A stretch of 64,000 bases of DNA from Hyphomicrobiales bacterium (GTDB lineage Bacteria; Pseudomonadota; Alphaproteobacteria; Rhizobiales; UBA4765): assembly GCA_019748135.1 (NCBI GenBank), contig JAIEPZ010000008.1:31453-95452 (forward strand), given 5' to 3'. Position 1 is the first letter of the stretch; each line of letters starts with the position of its first letter. Under the pieces are notes generated by a model that saw only the letters and a program-made list of their open reading frames with translations, did no database searches and had not been told where the DNA came from. This document shows, piece by piece, positions 9,363-19,056 of this stretch. A program made the translations under genes and the position numbers.

Positions 9363-10565
9363 CTAACGCAAATCAGCGGTTTCGTCAAAAAGCCGCACAT
9401 ATTCCTGAAGGGCGAAGCGATCCGTCATGCCGGCGACAAAGTCGCAGACGTGGCGGGCTCGGGTCGCTGGATCGCTGCCCCCGTGAGCGAGCCGCCAGGC
9501 AGTGGGCAGCGCCTGTGGGTCATCCATATAGCGCAAGAACAACCGGCTGACTGCGTCCTCGGCCCGGCGCCTGACCGCCATCACCGGACCCGCGCGATAC
9601 ATGTGATGGTAGAGGAATGTTTTCAACTCACTTTCCGCCTGCGCCATTGCCGCGGAAAAGGCGATGACAGGTGCATCATGGCGACGGATGGCGTCTGCAC
9701 CCTCACCTGTCACGCCGGTAAGCCGCAACTGGCTTTCGACGATCACATCCTCGATCAGCCGGGTAATCACGCGCCTCACGACCTCATAGGCCCGTCTCTG
9801 GTTCTCAAGACCTGGGTATTTGTCGTCCACCTGCTGCAGGATATCTTTGACGAGCGGCACTTGCGCCATGTCATCAAGGGTAAACAGGCCGGCCCTCAGG
9901 CCATCGTCGACATCGTGGGCGTCATAGGCGATATCATCGGCAATTGCCGCGCCTTGGGCCTCGGCGGACGGCCATGACCACAGCCACAGATCGTGGATGC
10001 CGGCATAGTCGCTGACGCCATAGGGCAATCCGGCTTGGTACCGGCCGATCGGTGTACGGTCGCGCGCGGTCAGCGGACCATTATGTTTCACCAGACCTTC
10101 GAGCATCTCCCAGGTAAGATTGAGCCCGTCATAAGTGGCGTAACGACGCTCGAGCCGGGTGACGATGCGCAGCGCCTGGGCGTTATGGTCAAAGCCGCCA
10201 TAGGTCGCCATGCAGGCGGACAGGGCATCCTCGCCCGAATGGCCAAAGGGCGGATGGCCGAGGTCGTGAGCAAGCGCCAGCGCTTCGGCCAAATCCTCAT
10301 CCATGCCCAGCGAGCGGGCAAGGGCGCGCGAAATCTGCGCCACTTCGATGGTATGGGTGAGCCGTGTGCGATAATGGTCCCCCTCGTCATAGACGAAGAC
10401 TTGCGTCTTGTCCTTCAGGCGACGAAAGGCGGTTGAGTGGATGATGCGGTCACGGTCGCGCTGAAAATCGCCACGCGTCGGGCTTGCCGGTTCCGTGATC
10501 AGGCGTCCGCGCCCGGCCTGGCTCGACGCTGAAAATAGTGACGCACACCGTCCGACGACCGCCAT
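9363..10565 (-). CDS. dgt: dGTP triphosphohydrolase-like HD-domain protein
   Basis: FQRDRDRIIHSTAFRRLKDKTQVF, HYRTRLTHTIEVAQISR and AHDLGHPPFGH are HD-domain motifs. I prefer the ATG at 10565. The ORF track extends to 10628. Confidence 0.85.
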   Translation of the reverse strand: MAVVGRCASLFSASSQAGRGRLITEPASPTRGDFQRDRDRIIHSTAFRRLKDKTQVFVYDEGDHYRTRLTHTIEVAQISRALARSLGMDEDLAEALALAHDLGHPPFGHSGEDALSACMATYGGFDHNAQALRIVTRLERRYATYDGLNLTWEMLEGLVKHNGPLTARDRTPIGRYQAGLPYGVSDYAGIHDLWLWSWPSAEAQGAAIADDIAYDAHDVDDGLRAGLFTLDDMAQVPLVKDILQQVDDKYPGLENQRRAYEVVRRVITRLIEDVIVESQLRLTGVTGEGADAIRRHDAPVIAFSAAMAQAESELKTFLYHHMYRAGPVMAVRRRAEDAVSRLFLRYMDDPQALPTAWRLAHGGSDPATRARHVCDFVAGMTDRFALQEYVRLFDETADLR

Positions 10566-10665
10566 GTCTCTCTCTGACGCATTGACCCTGCAGGAAAGCG
10601 TGCTTATCTGCTTATCACGATAGAGCAAGGGCTACGACTTGCGACAATGAGCTTGCGAGGAGCAA

Positions 10666-11004
10666 ATGGCCAGCGAAACGCAACAGATTACGGTCACTGA
10701 GCGCGCGTTCAGCCGCATCGCCGAGATTTTGCGCGATGAACCGGGCGCAATCGGGCTGCGGGTGTCGGTATCGGGCGGCGGATGCTCGGGGTTTCAATAT
10801 GGCTTTGACATTGAAAAAGAGACGCATGCGGACGACGTGAAGGTCAGTCAGGCGGCGGCGGCGGTGATCGTTGATGAAATGTCCTTGCAATTCCTGCGGG
10901 GATCCTGCGTCGATTTCGTCGATGATCTGATCGGCGCCCGTTTCGACATCAAAAATCCCAATGCCAAATCATCTTGCGGCTGCGGCACGAGCTTTTCGTT
11001 GTGA
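10666..11004 (+). CDS. erpA: Iron-sulfur cluster insertion protein ErpA (HesB/IscA family)
   Basis: 112 aa with GGGCSGFQYGF and a C-terminal SCGCGTSF cysteine motif. A GAGGAG RBS is present. Confidence 0.85.
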   Translation: MASETQQITVTERAFSRIAEILRDEPGAIGLRVSVSGGGCSGFQYGFDIEKETHADDVKVSQAAAAVIVDEMSLQFLRGSCVDFVDDLIGARFDIKNPNAKSSCGCGTSFSL

Positions 11005-11061
11005 CGTCGACAGAGCGTTGCGGCGAAAGCCCGTCGCTATGACAAACGGGAAGCGGCGCTG

Positions 11062-11859
11062 ATGCTGGTGACGATTGCAACCTTCAACGTCAATTCGGTT
11101 CGCCAACGCCTCGATGCCCTCATCGCCTGGCTGGAAGAATCCAGGGCTGACATTGTCTGTCTGCAGGAACTCAAATGCGAGGATCACGCTTTCCCGCGCC
11201 AGGCGATTGAAGATGCGGGCTATCATCTAGCCGTTCACGGCCAGAAAACCTTCAATGGTGTTGCCATCCTCTCGAAATTTCCGATCGACGATGTGCTCGC
11301 TGGCCTGCCCGGCGATGACGAAGACCAACAGGCCCGCTATCTAGAGGCTGTGATATCCCTGCCGGGCCGCGCCATCCGCGTAGCGTCGATTTACTTGCCG
11401 AACGGCAATCCGCTCGGAAGCGACAAATTCCCCTACAAGCTTGGCTGGATGAAACGTCTGCACACACATGTGCGGGATCTACTTCAACACGAAGACCCCC
11501 TCATTCTGGCAGGCGACTACAACGTCATTCCCGAAGACAGAGATTGCCGTGACCCTGCTGCGTGGACCAATGATGCTTTGGCGCAACCCGAAAGCCGGCA
11601 GGCGTGGCGGGCGTTAACCCATCTGGGTCTGACGGACGCGTTGCGTGCGATCAGTGACGATGCCGGGCTTTATACGTTCTGGGATTATCAGGCCGGCGCC
11701 TGGCCGCGCGATAACGGCATTCGTATCGATCATCTGCTGCTGTCGCCGCAAGCGGCTGACAGTTTGCGTGGTGTTCGCATCGATAAAGAGGTCCGCGGGC
11801 GTGAAAAGCCGTCTGATCACGTACCGGTTCTGGCACAGTTCGAGTTCGCGGCGACGTGA
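11062..11859 (+). CDS. xthA: Exodeoxyribonuclease III
   Basis: 265 aa. TFNVNSVRQRL...DIVCLQELK, ...WDYQ... and a C-terminal PSDHVPV are EEP-nuclease ExoIII motifs. Confidence 0.9.
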   Translation: MLVTIATFNVNSVRQRLDALIAWLEESRADIVCLQELKCEDHAFPRQAIEDAGYHLAVHGQKTFNGVAILSKFPIDDVLAGLPGDDEDQQARYLEAVISLPGRAIRVASIYLPNGNPLGSDKFPYKLGWMKRLHTHVRDLLQHEDPLILAGDYNVIPEDRDCRDPAAWTNDALAQPESRQAWRALTHLGLTDALRAISDDAGLYTFWDYQAGAWPRDNGIRIDHLLLSPQAADSLRGVRIDKEVRGREKPSDHVPVLAQFEFAAT

Positions 11860-11910
11860 CGGCACAGGCGCTCGCTTGCCGTTGGCGGCAAGGGGGATTA
11901 TTGTCGGCTG

Positions 11911-12216
11911 ATGATGGCCCGATGCCTCCTCGTCATTGCCTGCTTGTTGGTGAGCGGACTTGCCGATCAAAGCGCGCGTGCGCAGCAGGAATTTCGACCG
12001 GGCATCGATTGCCAGTGCCGTGGCCCGCAAGGTCAGATGTTCGATCTCAAGGAAAAGACCTGCCTGCGCAGTGATGCCGGCAATCGAATAGCCACATGTG
12101 TGATGAACCAGAACGTCACATCATGGCAGTTCAGCGATGAATCCTGCGACGTATCGCTTCGTCAGGACCGACCGCAAGGGACGAAGACAGCGAGCTTCAA
12201 AGCCGCCATCAACTGA
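11911..12216 (+). CDS. Hypothetical small secreted Cys-containing protein
   Basis: 101-aa ORF with a signal-peptide-like N-terminus (MMARCLLVIACLLVSGLADQSARA) and 5 Cys in the mature part. I recognise no family. Confidence 0.45.
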   Translation: MMARCLLVIACLLVSGLADQSARAQQEFRPGIDCQCRGPQGQMFDLKEKTCLRSDAGNRIATCVMNQNVTSWQFSDESCDVSLRQDRPQGTKTASFKAAIN

Positions 12217-12288
12217 ACCCGCGACCGATGGCGATGGACGAAAAGCCAATCCGACCAAGCGGGCCAGCATGACGTTTGATGGTTCGCA

Positions 12289-13113
12289 TCACTTTTCCGA
12301 CAAAGCAAGCTGGCGGCGCGCAATACGCGCAGCCTGTGTGCGCTCATTGATGTTGGCCAGCGTGAACGCGTCCTCAAACGCGCTGATGACCCAGGCATCG
12401 CGCGGCAGCTTTGCGCGTTCACGGGCAATCGTCAGCCAGCCAAGACCCTCCGCCGGGCGGCGATCAAGGCCGGGCCGCCCAACAAAAATCAATTCGCCGA
12501 GTGTTGCCTGGGCTTCCACATGACCCTTCACGGCAGCCGTGCGCAGCCAGTTCGCGGCCATGCGGGGGTTGGAATCAACACCTGCCCCATCAAGATACAT
12601 CCGGCCAATCTGATACTGGCCCTCCGAATCACCGAAGACAGAGGCCGCATGATAAAACATGCGCCAGGCCAGCGCGAAATCCTGCTTGATCTCGGTGCCG
12701 GGAATGCCGGCGAGATAGTAGGAACCCAACGCCACGAATGCCCGCTTGGCATAGGGCGCCTGCGGCGAACTCACATCATCATCCGCATGATTTTCGATAA
12801 TCTGGCTAAACCAGTTAAAGGCCTGAAGATCATCACGCTTGACGCCCTCGCCACGAGCGTACCGTCTGGCGAGCTGCCATTGTGATTCCGCATCTCCCTG
12901 CTGGGCTGCTTCCATCAGGGTTTCGATGGCTTCGATAATGGGGTTAAGGCGACGCGGGCCTGCTGCTACCCCAGCATCGCTCGTCACGGGTGTTCCCGTC
13001 GCCTGAGGCGATGATGGCGTACCGTCAAAGGCTGCCGCCATGCCACAAAAGAGCGTAAAGACACACGCAAGTGTGCTTGATCGACTAAATGTCCGCATAG
13101 CATCGTTTCTCAT
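12289..13113 (-). CDS. exoR: Sel1-repeat periplasmic protein, ExoR-like regulator
   Basis: Signal peptide plus Sel1/TPR-like repeats (ESQWQLARRYARGEGVKRDDLQAFNWF; GQYQIGRMYLDGAGV; AANWLRTAAVKGHVEAQ). Length and repeat order resemble rhizobial ExoR. An alternative ATG lies at 13098. Confidence 0.7.
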   Translation of the reverse strand: MRNDAMRTFSRSSTLACVFTLFCGMAAAFDGTPSSPQATGTPVTSDAGVAAGPRRLNPIIEAIETLMEAAQQGDAESQWQLARRYARGEGVKRDDLQAFNWFSQIIENHADDDVSSPQAPYAKRAFVALGSYYLAGIPGTEIKQDFALAWRMFYHAASVFGDSEGQYQIGRMYLDGAGVDSNPRMAANWLRTAAVKGHVEAQATLGELIFVGRPGLDRRPAEGLGWLTIARERAKLPRDAWVISAFEDAFTLANINERTQAARIARRQLALSEK

Positions 13114-14809
13114 GTTTGGCGCCAGGATGGGTCAGTGCGCCATCGCGAGCGCTGCCGACTTGCTGGGCATACTTCCAGAGTGCGCCGGAACCGAAATTCT
13201 CAGACGGTTGTTTCCAGGATTTGCGACGTTCAGCCAGTTCCTGATCACTCAGGCGCACGCTTAACGTGCCGTCAATCGCGTCGATATCGATGATATCGCC
13301 ATCTTTCAGCAGCCCGATGGGCCCGCCGACTGCCGCTTCCGGTCCGACATGGCCGATACAAAAGCCCCGGGTAGCGCCGGAAAATCGTCCATCAGTGATC
13401 AGGGCCAGTTTGCCACCCATGCCCTGTCCGTACAGAGCGGCGGTTGTCGACAACATTTCACGCATACCGGGGCCACCCTTTGGCCCCTCATAGCGAATAA
13501 CCAGGACCTCGCCCTCTTTGTAGGCGCGGCTGGCGACGGCGGCAAAACAGTCTTCCTCGCAATTGAAAACGCGCGCCGGCCCGGAAAATCTGAGTTCGCT
13601 CATGCCGGCAACTTTAACGATGGCGCCTTCGGGTGCGAGATTGCCTTTCAAACCGACGACGCCACCGTTGACGGTGATAGGCTTGTTGGCGGGCCGCACC
13701 ACATCCTGCTCGTCATTCCACGCCACTTTGGCCAGGTTTTCAGCCATGGTCCGGCCAGTCACCGTCAGGCAATCGCCATGGAGGAAGCCGTGATCGAGCA
13801 GGGTTTTCATGACGAGCGGAATACCGCCGACTTCGTACAAATCCTTGGCGACATATTTTCCACCGGGTTTCAGATCGGCGATGTAAGGCGTGCGCTTGAA
13901 GATTTCAGCAACATCAAACAGGTTGAAATCAATGCCCGCCTCATTCGCGATCGCCGGCAGATGAAGGCCGGCATTCGTCGAGCCACCGGTCGCGGCAACG
14001 ACCGCCGCCGCATTTTCCAGCGATTTCCGTGTCACGATATCGCGCGGGCGAATGTTGCGGGCGATGAGCTCCATCACCTTCTCGCCCGCCATGGCGGAAA
14101 AGGCATCGCGCAACTCAAAGGGTGCGGGTGCGCCGGTTGAATAAGGCAGCGCTATGCCCAGCGCTTCGGCGACGCAGGCCATGGTGTTGGCCGTGAACTG
14201 GGCGCCGCAGGAGCCAGCCGACGGGCAGGCATGGCGTTCCAGCTCGTCAAGATCGTCAGCCGACATATTGCCGACCGAATGCATGCCGACAGCCTCGAAG
14301 ACATCCTGCACGGTGACAGGCTTTCCCTTGAAGGTGCCAGGCAGGATGGAGCCGCCGTAAATGAAGATCGACGGCACATTGAGACGCACCATAGCCATCA
14401 TCATGCCAGGCAGCGACTTGTCACAACCGGCAAGGCCGATCAACGCATCATAGCAATGGCCGCGCATGGTGAGTTCAACCGAATCGGCGATGCAATCACG
14501 CGACACGAGCGATGATTTCATTCCCTCATGGCCCATAGCGATGCCATCGGTGACGGTGATGGTGCAGAACTCGCGCGGGGTGCCGTTCGCGGCAGCCACA
14601 CCCTTCTTGACCACCTGCGCCTGGCGCATCAGCGAAATATTGCACGGCGCCGCTTCATTCCAGCACGAGGCAACGCCGACAAGCGGTTGATGAATCTGCT
14701 GCGTCGTCAAGCCCATCGCGTACAGATATGAGCGATGCGGCGCCCGTTCCGGCCCCTCGGTCACGTGGCGGCTTGGCAGCCGGCTTTTATTGAATGTCTT
14801 GGCGTCCAT
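13085..14809 (-). CDS. ilvD: Dihydroxy-acid dehydratase
   Basis: SRHVTEGPERAPHRSYLYAMG, CNISL and CDKSLPGMMMA are IlvD/Edd family motifs. I prefer the start MDAKTFNK at 14809. The ORF-track GTG is at 14851. Confidence 0.9.
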   Translation of the reverse strand: MDAKTFNKSRLPSRHVTEGPERAPHRSYLYAMGLTTQQIHQPLVGVASCWNEAAPCNISLMRQAQVVKKGVAAANGTPREFCTITVTDGIAMGHEGMKSSLVSRDCIADSVELTMRGHCYDALIGLAGCDKSLPGMMMAMVRLNVPSIFIYGGSILPGTFKGKPVTVQDVFEAVGMHSVGNMSADDLDELERHACPSAGSCGAQFTANTMACVAEALGIALPYSTGAPAPFELRDAFSAMAGEKVMELIARNIRPRDIVTRKSLENAAAVVAATGGSTNAGLHLPAIANEAGIDFNLFDVAEIFKRTPYIADLKPGGKYVAKDLYEVGGIPLVMKTLLDHGFLHGDCLTVTGRTMAENLAKVAWNDEQDVVRPANKPITVNGGVVGLKGNLAPEGAIVKVAGMSELRFSGPARVFNCEEDCFAAVASRAYKEGEVLVIRYEGPKGGPGMREMLSTTAALYGQGMGGKLALITDGRFSGATRGFCIGHVGPEAAVGGPIGLLKDGDIIDIDAIDGTLSVRLSDQELAERRKSWKQPSENFGSGALWKYAQQVGSARDGALTHPGAKHEKRCYADI

Positions 14810-15048
14810 CATTCCCTCGCGAACCGCATGCGTGATCACCGCAGTAGCCACACGCCACCACCTGTGATCGCCGTCTGACCTTCAGGCTTGCAGCGAACCG
14901 CCCCCGATCAAGGCGCGCTTGCCCAAATTTCCACGGACACCAAGCGTTCGACGCGTCTACTCATCCCTGTTTCATGGCCAAATCTGGGCATGTCGAGCCC
15001 ATCACGCATCCGTAATGCGTGCGATCTCAAGATTGAAAATGGCTGTTG

Positions 15049-15070
15049 CAAAAACGCCACGAAACGCGGC
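15049..15070 (-). terminator. Putative rho-independent terminator after valS
   Basis: The reverse strand reads gccgcg-ttt-cgtggc followed by gttttt, starting 2 nt after the valS stop. That is a 6-bp stem (one G-U) with a short loop and a T-run. Confidence 0.45.
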
Positions 15071-15071
15071 T

Positions 15072-17936
15072 TCAACCTGCTTCTGCCAGAGCTGCGACGC
15101 CTTCTTTGACCCGCATCAGTCGGGACTGGGCACTGGCGCGGCGCTCATTTTGCTCTTCGATCACATCTTCGGGTGCACGGGCACGGAAATCAGGATTAGC
15201 GAGCTTGGCGTCTATTTTTGCAATCTCTTCGCCGAGCTTTGCCTGTTCACGATCAAGACGCTTTCGCTCCGCCGCCAAATCAACAATTCCGGCAACCGGC
15301 AGCGCGAGAATGGCCTCTTCGGCGACAACACGCAGGGATCCTTGCGGCGGCTGACCGGCCAGTACAATATCGGAAAGGCGCGCCAGACGGCGCAACGTCT
15401 CGTCGTGAACGCCGAGGCGGTCGAGGGTCATCCTGCCAGCACCGACGATAACGGCGGGCATCATGGCGCCGGCCGGAACGTTCATTTCGGCGCGAACAGC
15501 ACGAATGTCCTGAATCAGCCGCACCAACCAGTTGATCTCGGAGCGCGCTGCCGCATCATCAAGGCCGGCGAGGACAGGCCAGTCGCTGAGAACCAGGAGT
15601 TGGTCGCGTTCGCTCTCGCCAGCCATGCGCGCCCATAATTCCTCCGTGATGAAGGGCATGAACGGGTGCATGATGCGGATGATTTGATCGAGAACGAAAG
15701 CGGCAGTCGCCCGGGTTTCGTCCTTTGCCGGTCCATCGGGGCCTTGCAGCACCGGTTTCGTCAATTCGACAAACCAGTCGCAAAACGTTCCCCAGACAAA
15801 ATGATAGGCGCCATTGGCCGCGTCATTGAAGCGATAGGCCTCGATGGCAGCGGAAATATCGCCAACAGAAGCCTGCAACTCACCCAGAATCCAGCGATTG
15901 ACCGTTGCTGTCACGCGCTCGGGCTTGAATGCCGGATCAGCGACACAGCCGTTGAATTCACAGAAACGGGCAGCATTCCACATCTTGGTTGCGAAGTTGC
16001 GGTAGGATTCAGCTGTTTTGACGCCGATCTTGGGGTCGCGCCCCTGGGCGGCGAAGGTGGCGATGGTAAAGCGCAGCGCGTCAGCCCCGTACTGATCGAT
16101 CACCACCAGCGGGTCGAGGACGTTGCCGACGGATTTCGACATTTTCCGCCCCTTCTCGTCCCGCACCAGGCCATGGAGATAGACGGTGTGGAAGGGCGGC
16201 TGCCTCTGCGCCGGCAAATCCCCTTGCGTCGCGGCGGCGGCCATCATCATGCGCGCCACCCAGAAAAAGAGAATATCGGCGGCGGTTACCAGGACGGAGG
16301 TCGGGTAATAGCGGTCAAGTTCCGCCGTCGCATCCGGCCAGCCCAGCGTTGAAAAGGGCCAGAGCGCCGATGAAAACCACGTATCGAGCACGTCGGGATC
16401 GCGGGTGATTGCGGCTTGCGGCCCCCATTTGGCATCGGCCAGATGACGCGCCTCGTTCTCGTTTTCTGCAACGACGAAATCGCCGTCCGGCCCATACCAT
16501 GCTGGGATCTGGTGGCCCCACCACAATTGGCGCGAGATGCACCAGGGCTCGATATTCTCCATCCAGCGAAAGAAATCGGCTTCGCGCGCCTGCGGCACGA
16601 TCCTGATTGCGCCCTCACGCACCCATTGCATCGATTTGTCGGCGAGCGGCTTGACGTTGACGTACCATTGGTCTGTGAGGAATGGCTCAACCGGCACGCC
16701 CGAGCGGTCGCCATGCGGCACCTGCTGGAGATGCGGCTCAACCTTGCGCAGCAATCCCGCCGCTTCCATCAACTCAACCACCTGCAGACGCGCCTCGAAC
16801 CGGTCAAGGCCGGCAAGCGCGCGTGTCGTCTCCGGCACGACATCGAAATCAGCGGAGGAAAGATCAACCCGCCCTTCCTTCGTGAGCATGTTGACAGTCG
16901 ACAGCCCGCACCGCTTGCCTACCTCGAAATCGTTGAAATCATGGGCCGGTGTGATCTTGACCGCACCTGTGCCTTTTTCCGGATCCGCGTACTCATCGCC
17001 AACCAGAGGAATGAGCCGGCCAACCAGTGGCAGCACCGCATTGCGACCGATCAGGTGCTTCAGCTTGTCATTTTCAGGATGAATCGCAACGCCGGTATCG
17101 CCCAGCATGGTTTCGGGCCGGGTGGTGGCGACTGTGATATGAGTCGCCGAATCGTTGGCATTGAACGTTGCTCCATCAAGCGGATAGTCAAAATAGTAGA
17201 GATGACCGCCCGGCTCGCGGGCGAGAATTTTGCGCAGGGCCGACGCGTCGAACGGTTTCGGGTTCCCTTCCTTGTCCATCTCGCCGCGATGCCAGGCGAA
17301 GCTGCCCTTGATCTCGCGCTGCTCGACCTCGAGATCAGAGATGGCGGTGAGCAGTTTAGGGTCCCAATTAACAAGTCGTTTTGCTTTATACAATAATGGT
17401 TTGTTATTGTTATCTAATGTTTTGCTCAATGTAGTAAAAAACGCCACGACGGCCCGCTGCATCTGGCCGCTTTCACCCTCCTCGCGATTGCCCATGGTAA
17501 AGCGCTGCCGCGACCAGTCGCAGGACGCGCCAAGCCGTTTCAACTGGCTGACGATCGTGCCGCCCGATTCGGCTTTCCACGCCCATACGCGTTCGAGGAA
17601 TGCGTCGCGTCCCATGTCACGCCGTGATGGCTGCTGGCGCTCCATGAGCTGGCGCTCCACAACCATCTGGGTGGCAATGCCGGCATGATCAGTGCCGGGT
17701 TGCCAGAGCACGTCCCTGCCCTTCATGCGCCAGTAACGACACAGAATGTCCTGCAGCGTGTTGTTGAGCGCATGCCCCATATGGAGCGAGCCGGTGACGT
17801 TGGGTGGTGGAATGGCAATGCTAAAGGGCGGGGCACCCCGGCGCTCGGGCCTGCCGGCTGCAAACGCGTCAGCCTTCTCCCAGGCTTGCGCCACGCGCGC
17901 CTCGATCTCGGCGGGAGAATAGGATTTATCCAGCAT
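15072..17936 (-). CDS. valS: Valyl-tRNA synthetase
   Basis: [15 protein letters not shown] (HIGH), KMSKSVGN (KMSKS), a CP1 editing domain and a C-terminal coiled coil. I prefer the start [12 protein letters not shown] at 17936. The ORF track extends to 17981. Confidence 0.95.
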   Translation of the reverse strand: [954 protein letters not shown]

Positions 17937-18027
17937 GCCGTTACGCTCACCACATCTTTGGAGCGAGGTTTGAAGCGGCAAGCAGCATGCTTGTCAACGC
18001 CGTGATGTTGGCGACAGAGAAACGAAC

Positions 18028-18786
18028 TTAACGCCTGCCACGCGCGACGCGGGAAATCTCCTCGCGAACCAGCCGTTCAACAACCGAGGGTAGATTATCG
18101 TCAAGCCAGGTCTTGATCATCGGCCGCAGCAATTCTTTCATCACGTCTTCAATGGTCCGGGGCTCATTGGAGAAGATCGCCTGGGTGAGCGAGCTGAAGG
18201 CGGCGGCAACCGAGGCTTCGGTATCCTGCGACAGCAAGGCGGGTGCCGCGGCAGCGGGCGCGCTCGCCATGGAAGCCGGCGCGCTGACCGCGCCTGTCGA
18301 CCGCGTCGCCACAGGCGCCGCCGGCATCATCACAGGTGCCATCGGTTCTTCGTCAACCGGCTCTTCGAAACCGAGATCCTCCTCGACCTCGACAACCGGC
18401 ATCGCCTTGGGGGCGGATTTGGCAGGGGCGGCACGATCGCTGACATCGGCCGCCGCCCGAACCATAGCAAGGTCAAGCGCCTCTTCTTCGTCTTCCGCTT
18501 CGCTTTCCGCGACTTCCGGTTCGGCAGCCGGCTCGTCCTCACCAGCATCCATCGCCGCCAGCATGGCGTCGATATCATCCTGACTGGCCGGCTCAGAGGC
18601 TTTCGGCGCAGGTGCCGGTTTAGGCACGGCAGGCTTGGGGGCGGCAGCCTTTGGTGCCTCGGGTTTTGGCGGTTCCGACTTCGCGGCCGGGGCTGCTGGC
18701 GCGGCGTCACCATCGGTGATGATGCGGCGAATCGACGCCAGTATTTCTTCCATCGATGGTTCGGCTGCCGCGGTCGCCTTACTCAT
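18028..18786 (-). CDS. PopZ-like pole-organising protein (DUF2497 family)
   Basis: N-terminal ...PSMEEILASIRRIITD, an acidic Pro/Ala-rich middle, and C-terminal TIEDVMKELLRPMIKTWLDDNLPSVVERLVREEISR. This matches the PopZ/DUF2497 architecture. Confidence 0.7.
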   Translation of the reverse strand: MSKATAAAEPSMEEILASIRRIITDGDAAPAAPAAKSEPPKPEAPKAAAPKPAVPKPAPAPKASEPASQDDIDAMLAAMDAGEDEPAAEPEVAESEAEDEEEALDLAMVRAAADVSDRAAPAKSAPKAMPVVEVEEDLGFEEPVDEEPMAPVMMPAAPVATRSTGAVSAPASMASAPAAAAPALLSQDTEASVAAAFSSLTQAIFSNEPRTIEDVMKELLRPMIKTWLDDNLPSVVERLVREEISRVARGRR

Positions 18787-19056
18787 GCCTGTGATCCCAC
18801 CAAACGCCTTGCTGACCTGACCTACACATCAACCCGTCGCCCGAAGTCCCCGAACAGCGCGACACTATCGGCCTGCTCGAAACAACGCCGACCAAGAATC
18901 TGCAGTTTCGACCAGACGTCCCAAGCGGACACCAGGACGAGCAGCTGCTATGGCTGACACGCTGCCTGATAGTCATGCGCATGTCTGACTTGATTCGCAA
19001 TGCAAACGCCGGCATTTTGTTTGCATTTTCCAGAGTTTTGCGCCCGCAACCGGAAC

